Below, one piece after another: positions 55,396-64,000 of a stretch of DNA of 64,000 nt. The stretch covers positions 136,874 through 200,873 of the forward strand of contig JACRFD010000038.1 in assembly GCA_016218025.1 (NCBI GenBank), in the 5' to 3' direction. The stretch comes from Ignavibacteriales bacterium. Its GTDB lineage: Bacteria; Bacteroidota; Ignavibacteria; UBA10030; SZUA-254. The position numbers and the translations under genes are program-made. Numbering within the stretch: the stretch's first letter is position 1; every line of letters starts with the position of its first letter. The notes beneath the pieces are model-generated. The model ran no database searches. It saw only the letters and a list, made by a program, of their open reading frames with translations, and was not told the origin of the DNA.

Positions 55396-58300
55396 ATGAC
55401 AAATAACTATACAACATTCGGAAAGATGCGGACGATAGTTCCACTCATCGTCTTATTCTTTTTCACCGGTACTGTTTTTGCTCAACTACCCGATCTGACT
55501 ATTTCTAACGTGTCGGTTCCTGTAACGGCTTCGGCAGGTGATATAATAACTGTAAAGTGGACTACCTCGAACATAGGCAGTGGGTCCACAAGCGGAGCGT
55601 TTTTATTCGACGGAATATACTTATCCACCGACCAAAATTTTGACAAATCAACAGATACCTATTTGAGTGGATACTTCCATTCCTTAGCTATCCCCGCTGG
55701 CTCAAGCGAAGAAGATTCCACGGTAGTGATATTACCCGACAGTTTAAATGGAAACTTTTATATTTTTGTAAATGCAGACGACTTTTTATCTGTGAGTGAA
55801 TCGAACGAGACAAATAATTTTGCGCACTCAGCAATTATTAATATTAGCACAAACGCTCCAGATCTTAAAGTTGTTAGCGTTACCGCCCCGGCAACCGGGT
55901 CTTCACAACAATATATTCAAGTCAGTTATTCGGTTTCCAACATTGGATCGAAAGATATTACAAGTCAGTCGTGGTACGATTATATTATCCTTTCGTCAGA
56001 TACGGTTTATGATAATGGGGATGATGTTTTCCTCGGTACGGTATCGATGGATACCTCTTTAACAATCGGAGATTCGTATACCAGAACAAGTTCCGTTTAT
56101 TTGCCTACCGGCTTGAGTGGCATATACTATGTTTTGGTTCGTACGAATGCGTTTGATTTCCTTAACGAATTGAATGTAAACAACAATCTTGGCAGATCGA
56201 CTTCAATTAGTATAGATTTCAAGCGACCCGATCTTTTCGTTTCACAAATTAACCGTCCCGACACTGTGAACGCGGGGGATAAACTCAGATTTTCTTATCA
56301 GATCACCAACATCGGCGATACAAGCACCAACTCTCAGCAATGGTTTGATGAGATTTTTATATCATCTGATTCCATTGTCGGAAATGATACACTTTTAACT
56401 CTCTATTTACGATCAACGAATCTTGAACAGGGCCAGAGTTTTACAATAAGCGATAGTGTTGCAATGCCATTTGGATTACTAAAAGGTAACTACCACGTCA
56501 TTATTGGGTGTGATATGTTGAATCAAATCAACGAGTCGAACGAAACAAACAACATACGAATCTCGAATCCATTTCTTTATGGTTTTAATGGTCCTGATCT
56601 CGTAGTAACACATGTGCAAACACCAGTTAGTGCTTTTTCCGGACAACAGATTCAAATTAATTGGATTGTGAAGAATAGCGGCACTCTTGCCACAAATGCG
56701 CCGCAATGGTACGATCGGGTCTACTTATCTCCAAGTCCCGTCTTCGATCCATTGAGTGTAACAACATTGGGATTTTTTGATAACATGAGTTACCTCGGAC
56801 CAGGAGAAAGCTATTCCAACACGCAGAATGTAACCCTGCCAAATGGGATTAACGGAAGTTATTATATCTTCGTGCATTCAGATGCATTTTCACAAATAAC
56901 GGAAGTGGATGAATCAAACAATTTCATGAAGAATGATACCGCGATGCAAGTGAATCTTTCGGCTTCGCCGGATCTGATTGTAAGCGCATTCTCGAAACCG
57001 AGTACTGCCTTCTCGGGAGACACGATAGATATTTCCTACACAGTGAAGAATGTTGGAAACGGATCAACAAACACAGCACAATGGTACGATGTTCTATACT
57101 TTACACAGGATACTGTACTCGATATACGAACAGTTCAGTGGCTCGGATGGTATCAGCACGATGGCGCTCTTGCACCTGAAAGTTCATACACTAGAATTGA
57201 CCGTGTTGTTCTTCCGAATGCGATCTCAGGGAAGTTTTATTTTTATCTTGGCACAGACAATTTTAACAACGTTTATGAGTTTACCGCAGAAAGCAACAAC
57301 ATGCGACGCGATTCCATTGATGTGGTTCTTACTCCGCCTCCCGATCTTGTTGTTACAAATGTTTCGGGGCCATTAAGTGGAAATTCCGGAAAACGTATTT
57401 TAGTTTCTTGGAGTGTACAAAACCAAGGTTCTAATCCGCCGTTCGAACCGGGATGGCAGGATAGGTTGTATATTTCATCATTATCAACATTTAATCCTGA
57501 ATCATCATACGTTCTCGGAACTTTCACGCGTTATGGAATTCTCGAACCTGATTCAAGCTACACTAGGACTGACAGTGTTCTAATTCCTGACGGTTTGTCG
57601 GGTCAGTATTATATTTACACAATGACAGATTGGAAGAATGAAGTATTCGAAAACTTATTCGAAAAAAATAATGTTACACGTTCTTCCGCAACAATTCAGG
57701 TAGCACTTAGTCCTTGGCCCGATCTTGATATCGCATCGATGACAAATCCATCAACTGTTTCTGCAGGTCAACAAGTAACTATCAACTGGAATGTTACAAA
57801 CTCAGGGATTGGCGCTGCAACATCTCCATTATGGAAAGACAAAGTGTACATCTCGTCTTCTGCCACTTGGGACTCAGCATCCTCAACGTTATTAAAAGAT
57901 GTTCCACACACTTTGCCGCTATTGCCGTCGGGCAGTTATTCACAAACCGCATCTGTAACTTTGCCGGTTACAATTTCCGGAACATACTATTTCTATATCA
58001 TCACCGATGCGGGCAACAATGTTTATGAACATACTGACGAAGGAAATAATATCGAGAGAAGCTCAGCGGTGTCAGTGCAACCATATCCACCCATAGATCT
58101 GCGGGCCGGAAATGTCGTGATTCCATCATCGGGATTCTCTGGAATTCCTGTTTCTGTGCAGTTCACAGTTCAGAACATCGGCACGGGAAAAACACTCGCA
58201 ACAAAATGGGACGACGCAGTTTATCTCTCAGTGGATACAGTTCTCAATGTGGGTGTAGACAGTTTACTCACCGTTGTTCATAGAATGGGCGCGCTCGACG

Positions 58301-61300
58301 TCGGAGAAAGTTATACGCGAGACCTCAGCGTTCGTTTGCCGGATGGTGTTTCAGGAAATTATTATTGTTTAGTGCGGGCAGATACCGGAAATGCTGTTAG
58401 CGATAACAACATCCTGAATAATATAGGTTATTCAACATCGATGATATCCGTCTCACTTTCACCGCCACCAGATCTTCACGTTGCGTCCGTCATCGCGCCG
58501 AGTGAGGGACAATCAGGACAACCAATTACAGTACGTTGGACAATCCAAAATAGTGGATCGGGACAAACGCTTGTTTCATCGTGGAATGACGCAATTTATC
58601 TTTCAAGCGATATCTATCTCGATCCTGCGGATACGAGACTTGCAACGAAATCGCATAATGAAGGACTCCCTGCAAGTCAATCATATAGCGACAGTCTCGA
58701 AGTTGTTCTTCCGAATTACGCATCCGGTGATTTGTTCCTACTGATACAGACTGACAGCAAGAACGAAGTATTCGAGCAATCGGGTGAAGCCAATAATGTT
58801 CTTAGTCGACCTATTACTGTGAATATTGCGGCACCTTCAGATCTCATAATTTCAAACATCATAGTTCCTGACAGCGCCATTGCAGGTGATGATGTAACAA
58901 TCTCATGGACAATTCGAAACCAAGGAGCGAATCCCGCAACGGGCTGGATCGATGATGTAGTCTATCTCTCGTCCGATCAAACTTGGGAAGTTACCGATCC
59001 GGTTTTTGGAATTTATAGAAGAAACATAAACCTTGCGCCGGGTGCTACGATGGAAGCGAGCATGAAAGCCAAGATCAATCGTACTTTCTTCTCGGATTCC
59101 ACCGGTAATCTTACTGCCCCTATGCCAGGATTTTCACCGGGAAATTATTACGCAATTGTACGAACAGATATTCGTAACTATATCCATGAGAACAACGAAA
59201 ATAATAATGCAGGAACATCGACTGGAACTACTCGGATTGATGTTCCTACACTTCAACTTGACATTCCAACAATAACTTCGTTCACTCAAGGGGAACAAAA
59301 GTATTTCCGGGTAAACGTAATTGCCGGACAAACTCTTAAGGTTACACTTGATGGCAATGCACCGGGCGGCAGTCTTGAAATGTATGGACGGTTCGGTACG
59401 GTTCCAACACGTTCGCAGTTTGATGTTTCTTATACAACAGCATTCTCTCCGGATCAGCAGATAACAATCCCGGAAACGAACACCGGCACGTATTATATCT
59501 TGATCTTCGCTGATCGTGTAGAAGGTGATTCGATCGGAGCTACGATTCTCGCTCAAGCATTATCATTCGGTATCAGCTCCTTGTCGCCGGTCCGAGGTGG
59601 TAATTCAGGCGATGTAACAATTATGGTAGAAGGTGCGCGCTTCGTAGCAGGAAGCACGGTGAAGCTTATCGGTTCAGGTGGTGCGTTGCCACGACTTATT
59701 AAGTGTACTTTCATCGATGCGTCACGGATTGACGCAACATTCGATCTGACAGGCAATCTCCCCCTTGGTGCGTATGATGTTGTCGTTCGGCGTCCAGATA
59801 ATTCAGAAGCCACACTAGCCGGAGGATTTACATTGGAACCGGGGAAAAATCTGACAGCAAACCTTGGCTTTGCGCCTCCAAGCGCAATTGCCCGAGGTGG
59901 ATCGGGATTTTATTCTATCTCAGTTGAGAATACAACTAACATTGATCTCCCATTCATGACCGTTTACATCATCATTCCGTCAGGACAAAGCTACAACGTC
60001 AATTCGAACAACATGCAAACTCTTAGTCAACTTCTCCCCGACACACTCAAAAGCATTATACATCTCCAGAATCATTTTGATGAAGGAGCATGGCGTTTTG
60101 TACCGCTAACTGCAAGGAATGTCCGTGTAGGTCAACGGCTGAATATTGCTTTGCAAGTGAACGATGTTCAGGGGACTGAATTCCCAATCCAGATCGCCGT
60201 TGATGCAATTGACAGAAAAGGATTTGTTGAAGGACAACTTCTTTATCTTGAACTGTTCCGACAGGCGCTCTTGATGGATACGAGTGGTAAATTTGCTCCT
60301 GAATTCTACAACCTTGCACAAACTCCTCAAGAGTTTATAAATACACTGATGCAGGTTTATGTTGATCTTGGAATTCTTACACCATCAGACGTATCACTTG
60401 TAACTTCAAAACAGCTTCAGAAAATTGTTGAAAAAGTTTCTCGGCTTCCGCTCAGTCAAAAGAAGCTTGATGCTGTGTTCAAACCAATGATTACATCGTG
60501 TGAGAACGAGTTAAATTGGCTCGAGCTTGGTGGAAGACTGGCTATCATCGCAGTCGGATTGATTACGGGTGCTTTGCTCGCACCAGTGACGCTGGGCGTT
60601 GGAGCGGTTCTCGCAGTTATAAGTGGTCTCGGTTTGGGTATGAATATCGGAGCAATCATCAACGATTCCCCGGGATTAATGTCCAGAATATTCTGTGATG
60701 ATCCCCGGACTCCCACTCCCGTTATTGCGTCGAAAGATCCAAATGACATTATGGGTCCTGCGGGGTATGGAGAAAAGAAGTGGGTCGCTCTCACGCAGAC
60801 AATGACCTATACAGTACGATTTGAAAATGATCCGAAACTTGCCACAGCGCCCGCTCAAATTGTGAGCGTCAATATGGATGTTGACAGCACGCTTGACGTT
60901 CGATCATTCCGCCTAGGTAATTTTGGATTTGGGAGTTTCACATTCAATGGTGCAGAGAACCGGTCACACTATTCGAAGAGGTTAGATGTTCTCGACTCGC
61001 TAAGCATATATGTTGATGTGAGTGCTGGAATTGATGTAGATAAAAACAAAGCATTCTGGATATTCAAATCGATCAATCCGGCAACCGGAGAACTTCCATC
61101 CAATCCTCTTTCAGGATTTCTTCCCGTCAACGATTCGCTCCATCGCGGTGAGGGATTTTTAACATTTTCTGTCAAACCAAAATCAACTTCACACACCGGT
61201 GACATTGTAAATGCGAAAGCGCGTATCGTTTTCGATGTCAACGATCCGATCGATACACCTCCCATATACAACACTATCGATGCGGGCTTACCAATCAGCA

Positions 61301-61893
61301 GTGTTCGCTTGCTGCCACCCATCACCAAAGATACAACATCATTCCTTGTGCGATGGGCAGGCGCCGACGATTCAACCGGATCTGGGCTGAAGAATTATTC
61401 GATTTTCGTTTCTAAAAATGATAGTCCATTCGTTCCGTGGCTCTCCAACGTTACAGACACGATAGCAACATTCACAGGTGAATCGGGAAATAAATATGGC
61501 TTCTTCAGTTTATCGTCAGATAACGCGGGCAACATCGAGATCGTGAAAAATTCAGCCGATGCGTTAACATTGATAACAGGAATAGATGATCTGCTGCAAA
61601 CGATTCCAACTGTATTCAAACTTCATCAAAATTATCCTAACCCGTTTAATCCGAACACCGTGATCCGTTACGAACTCCCAAAGACTTCGCATGTAACACT
61701 CACAATCTTCAACGTGCTGGGACAGAAAGTCGCAACAATTGTTGATGAAGTTCAGGCGATGGGTTACAAGACTGTGGAGTTCAGGGTATCCAATCTATCA
61801 AGTGGTGTGTACTTCTATCGGATAGAGGCAGTTAGTATTGCCGATCCGGGCAAGATGTTCGCGCAAGTGAAAAAGATGGTGGTGATGAAATAA
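55396..61893 (+). CDS. Large secreted CARDB-repeat protein with DPND-GP domain and T9SS-type CTD
   Basis: Signal peptide, ten PDL...E.NE.NN CARDB-like repeats, PPC/IPT-like domains, KDPNDIMGP, QNYPNPFNP; start uncertain (55348/55396/55426). Confidence 0.88.
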   Translation: MTNNYTTFGKMRTIVPLIVLFFFTGTVFAQLPDLTISNVSVPVTASAGDIITVKWTTSNIGSGSTSGAFLFDGIYLSTDQNFDKSTDTYLSGYFHSLAIPAGSSEEDSTVVILPDSLNGNFYIFVNADDFLSVSESNETNNFAHSAIINISTNAPDLKVVSVTAPATGSSQQYIQVSYSVSNIGSKDITSQSWYDYIILSSDTVYDNGDDVFLGTVSMDTSLTIGDSYTRTSSVYLPTGLSGIYYVLVRTNAFDFLNELNVNNNLGRSTSISIDFKRPDLFVSQINRPDTVNAGDKLRFSYQITNIGDTSTNSQQWFDEIFISSDSIVGNDTLLTLYLRSTNLEQGQSFTISDSVAMPFGLLKGNYHVIIGCDMLNQINESNETNNIRISNPFLYGFNGPDLVVTHVQTPVSAFSGQQIQINWIVKNSGTLATNAPQWYDRVYLSPSPVFDPLSVTTLGFFDNMSYLGPGESYSNTQNVTLPNGINGSYYIFVHSDAFSQITEVDESNNFMKNDTAMQVNLSASPDLIVSAFSKPSTAFSGDTIDISYTVKNVGNGSTNTAQWYDVLYFTQDTVLDIRTVQWLGWYQHDGALAPESSYTRIDRVVLPNAISGKFYFYLGTDNFNNVYEFTAESNNMRRDSIDVVLTPPPDLVVTNVSGPLSGNSGKRILVSWSVQNQGSNPPFEPGWQDRLYISSLSTFNPESSYVLGTFTRYGILEPDSSYTRTDSVLIPDGLSGQYYIYTMTDWKNEVFENLFEKNNVTRSSATIQVALSPWPDLDIASMTNPSTVSAGQQVTINWNVTNSGIGAATSPLWKDKVYISSSATWDSASSTLLKDVPHTLPLLPSGSYSQTASVTLPVTISGTYYFYIITDAGNNVYEHTDEGNNIERSSAVSVQPYPPIDLRAGNVVIPSSGFSGIPVSVQFTVQNIGTGKTLATKWDDAVYLSVDTVLNVGVDSLLTVVHRMGALDVGESYTRDLSVRLPDGVSGNYYCLVRADTGNAVSDNNILNNIGYSTSMISVSLSPPPDLHVASVIAPSEGQSGQPITVRWTIQNSGSGQTLVSSWNDAIYLSSDIYLDPADTRLATKSHNEGLPASQSYSDSLEVVLPNYASGDLFLLIQTDSKNEVFEQSGEANNVLSRPITVNIAAPSDLIISNIIVPDSAIAGDDVTISWTIRNQGANPATGWIDDVVYLSSDQTWEVTDPVFGIYRRNINLAPGATMEASMKAKINRTFFSDSTGNLTAPMPGFSPGNYYAIVRTDIRNYIHENNENNNAGTSTGTTRIDVPTLQLDIPTITSFTQGEQKYFRVNVIAGQTLKVTLDGNAPGGSLEMYGRFGTVPTRSQFDVSYTTAFSPDQQITIPETNTGTYYILIFADRVEGDSIGATILAQALSFGISSLSPVRGGNSGDVTIMVEGARFVAGSTVKLIGSGGALPRLIKCTFIDASRIDATFDLTGNLPLGAYDVVVRRPDNSEATLAGGFTLEPGKNLTANLGFAPPSAIARGGSGFYSISVENTTNIDLPFMTVYIIIPSGQSYNVNSNNMQTLSQLLPDTLKSIIHLQNHFDEGAWRFVPLTARNVRVGQRLNIALQVNDVQGTEFPIQIAVDAIDRKGFVEGQLLYLELFRQALLMDTSGKFAPEFYNLAQTPQEFINTLMQVYVDLGILTPSDVSLVTSKQLQKIVEKVSRLPLSQKKLDAVFKPMITSCENELNWLELGGRLAIIAVGLITGALLAPVTLGVGAVLAVISGLGLGMNIGAIINDSPGLMSRIFCDDPRTPTPVIASKDPNDIMGPAGYGEKKWVALTQTMTYTVRFENDPKLATAPAQIVSVNMDVDSTLDVRSFRLGNFGFGSFTFNGAENRSHYSKRLDVLDSLSIYVDVSAGIDVDKNKAFWIFKSINPATGELPSNPLSGFLPVNDSLHRGEGFLTFSVKPKSTSHTGDIVNAKARIVFDVNDPIDTPPIYNTIDAGLPISSVRLLPPITKDTTSFLVRWAGADDSTGSGLKNYSIFVSKNDSPFVPWLSNVTDTIATFTGESGNKYGFFSLSSDNAGNIEIVKNSADALTLITGIDDLLQTIPTVFKLHQNYPNPFNPNTVIRYELPKTSHVTLTIFNVLGQKVATIVDEVQAMGYKTVEFRVSNLSSGVYFYRIEAVSIADPGKMFAQVKKMVVMK

Positions 61894-61929
61894 GTATCAA
61901 ATAGTAGCAGAACAAATAAATGATTTCTT

Positions 61930-61961
61930 AATGGGTGAGTTAACAAGCTCACCCATTTTTA
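61930..61961 (+). terminator. Rho-independent terminator
   Basis: AATGGGTGAGT / GCTCACCCATT stem plus T-run. Confidence 0.8.
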
Positions 61962-62344
61962 TTTAATACAGATTAGATTGGTGAATCAGTAATGGAGACT
62001 GATGAAAGAAAAATAAGCGTAGTAAGTGAGGGGAGTTATACAGTCGAGTAAAAATAGCTGTTAGCATGCTGACATACGAGAATAGTGTGGGAAATTGAGG
62101 AAATTTAAAGGTTTCCTCAAGATATCATTTCGGAATAATGATCATAAATAAACGATTTGACATTCAATAAGAATTTATCTACAATATCCCAGAAACAAAT
62201 CAGCGACAGAAACCTCAGGATAAAAAATATTGAATTAATTCTTAATCTAAAAAATGCTTTTCTCGAAAATATACTTTTATATAAATGTAGCGTTACAGAT
62301 TTAAAAATAATTATTGCCACAATATCATTCTGAAAGGAGTTCGT

Positions 62345-64000
62345 ATGAGAATTTTCGTAATGGTTGTAACAACTTTGATTTTTATTTTATCATTCTCATT
62401 TGGGCAAACTGAAGCTTGGAGATTGCCTGGTCATTATTACGCGGGGGCGGCAGGTACCGGAGGAGATATATTTCTTGCTAAGAGTGCAATTTATTATTAT
62501 GGTTTTTCACTTCCGGACACAATAAAAAAAGTAACTTCAGCAGGTGTTGTTGCTAAGCAATTGGAAGTAAACGGAATGATCAGGAATATTATCTATAGCG
62601 GAACAGGTTTATACACATTGTTCTATTCCTCTACAACAAGTGACAGTATTACTTATTATGATGACAACTTAAATGGGCAATGGAGTATAAATTTGGGTTC
62701 GGACTATTATTCTTCAAATAAGATGACCCCAAAGGTTGATCAATCAGGCAATTTGTATATTGTGCAGTCGGATCCGCTTTCCCTTTTGAAGATAACAAAA
62801 GATGGTACAATCGCATTCCGTAAGAATTTAAGCAGACCTACTTTTACGATTGATTTTGAAGATATTTCGGGTCCTGTAATTGACCAGAATGGAAATATTG
62901 TAATTGTACAATGTGTAGTAGATTATCAGAATAAAACAGCAAAAGGAGCAACAATCGAATCACAGGATGGCTACTATTATTTATATCGGACTGATACTAC
63001 TAATTCATCACCCATCACTCAATCGTTATTCTTGAAGAAAGATAAAATGTTGTACTTCAAAGATGCCGGAGCCAAATGGGAAGATTTTCAACTGAATGAT
63101 TACTCATATTTATTAAAAAATTTGGTTATTCAGAACGGATTTGTTGCAATAGGAGGGATGCATTCTTATAATGCTACAAAAGTCACAAAAAAGTGGAAAG
63201 AAGAATCGATAAGCCAATGGCGGATGCTGTTTACAGGTGCTGATAGAAAGGCGAAGAAATTTTCTTATAAAGGTAAGGGTGGGGATGCATGCAACGGGAG
63301 TGAGCCCGGCTTGAATTATAAAAACGACGACATGGGAAACAACCTCGAATGGATTGTGAATGGAACCGGCGATCAAGTCTGTTTAATTGGATCGACTTCA
63401 AGAAATAAACTAAGATGTGGGGAGGGGCAATGGGGGTATGATGGAGTGGTTATGGCTTATAACTTAGCTACGAAAAAAATTGCATGGAAAATTATTGTTC
63501 GTGACACAATATACGGAGCTATATACCAGAAAGAATCAGGGAAAATATTTGCAGGTTATTACAATGGGAATTCGTTGTATTATAAAGTATTCGATCAAAA
63601 TGGCGGCATAGGACCGACCTTAAATTTTGGTCAAACACAATTTATTAATCCACGCAATTTTATGATAGATTTAAATAGACAAGATGATGCAATGTATCTA
63701 AATTTTGGATCGCCAGCAGAGTGGTACTTTGTTAAATATTCTATACCGTCTATGGAATTCAAACCATCGACATTCAGCAACTATTCAGAAGAGCCACTAC
63801 AATTTGAGCTTCAGCAAAATTATCCCAATCCGTTCAATCCATCGACCACGATAGAATTTACACTTGCGCAATCATCCTTAGTAACTTTGAAAATATACAA
63901 TATGCTTGGACAGGAAGTTGCAACAATTCTTAATCATGAAGAGATGGAAGCAGGTAGTCAGGAAGTAGAATATAATGCAATCGCACTATCATCGGGTGTT
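62345..64000 (+). CDS. Secreted protein with T9SS-type CTD, truncated by the window edge (absent from the ORF track)
   Basis: AGGAG RBS, MRIFVMVVTTLIFILSFSFGQ signal peptide; the same frame reads QQNYPNPFNPSTTIEF...LSSGV at the window end. Confidence 0.88.
   Translation, partial: MRIFVMVVTTLIFILSFSFGQTEAWRLPGHYYAGAAGTGGDIFLAKSAIYYYGFSLPDTIKKVTSAGVVAKQLEVNGMIRNIIYSGTGLYTLFYSSTTSDSITYYDDNLNGQWSINLGSDYYSSNKMTPKVDQSGNLYIVQSDPLSLLKITKDGTIAFRKNLSRPTFTIDFEDISGPVIDQNGNIVIVQCVVDYQNKTAKGATIESQDGYYYLYRTDTTNSSPITQSLFLKKDKMLYFKDAGAKWEDFQLNDYSYLLKNLVIQNGFVAIGGMHSYNATKVTKKWKEESISQWRMLFTGADRKAKKFSYKGKGGDACNGSEPGLNYKNDDMGNNLEWIVNGTGDQVCLIGSTSRNKLRCGEGQWGYDGVVMAYNLATKKIAWKIIVRDTIYGAIYQKESGKIFAGYYNGNSLYYKVFDQNGGIGPTLNFGQTQFINPRNFMIDLNRQDDAMYLNFGSPAEWYFVKYSIPSMEFKPSTFSNYSEEPLQFELQQNYPNPFNPSTTIEFTLAQSSLVTLKIYNMLGQEVATILNHEEMEAGSQEVEYNAIALSSGV

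Noticed and set aside
587..63376. Numerous 60-190-aa ORFs antisense to or nested in long genes (e.g. 4087-4476, 17977-18375, 48458-49018, 63113-63376)
   Set aside because: Shadow frames of well-supported genes with no motifs or RBS.
1..64000. tRNA, rRNA, transposase or prophage genes
   Set aside because: None recognised by eye; a tRNAscan/Infernal run would be needed to exclude small RNAs in the AT-rich gaps at 45703-46158, 49075-49579 and 61894-62344.

Overview
A 64-kb, AT-rich bacterial chromosomal window. It probably comes from an Ignavibacteria/Chlorobi-like member of the FCB group: four proteins carry T9SS-type C-terminal sorting domains, yet promoters are TTGACA/TATAAT-type and RBSs are AGGAG. 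This taxonomy is inference. The housekeeping backbone is prfB (programmed +1 frameshift), lolC/E-lolC/E-lolD, hppA, rplM-rpsI-rpsB-tsf-pyrH-frr, a DEAD-box helicase and polA. Signalling and envelope genes include two stand-alone receiver proteins, an APC-USP permease and a KinB/AlgB-like two-component pair. That pair is followed by a candidate sigma54 promoter with two palindromic enhancer sites, upstream of STAS-exbB-exbD-exbD-tonB-PstS-like-TPR. PspC/LiaF-type proteins and a multi-PAS hybrid kinase are also present. An accessory region at 1-11.3 kb holds GxxExxY, split AtuA, lipoproteins and a HEPN-like gene. The window ends with three large secreted proteins, the last missed by the ORF track. 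The most striking signal is a set of miniature repeat and palindrome elements: (i) a GxxExxY nuclease-family gene sitting in one slot of an array of CACGAAG/CTTCGTG inverted-arm modules; (ii) an empty inverted 8-mer array between rpsI and rpsB; (iii) 7-mer tracts after prfB and in frame inside polA; (iv) CCTG...CAGGCGKG mini-hairpins, one nested in another hairpin element as a clean 51-nt in-frame insertion in polA. No rRNA, tRNA, CRISPR array, integrase or transposase was seen.
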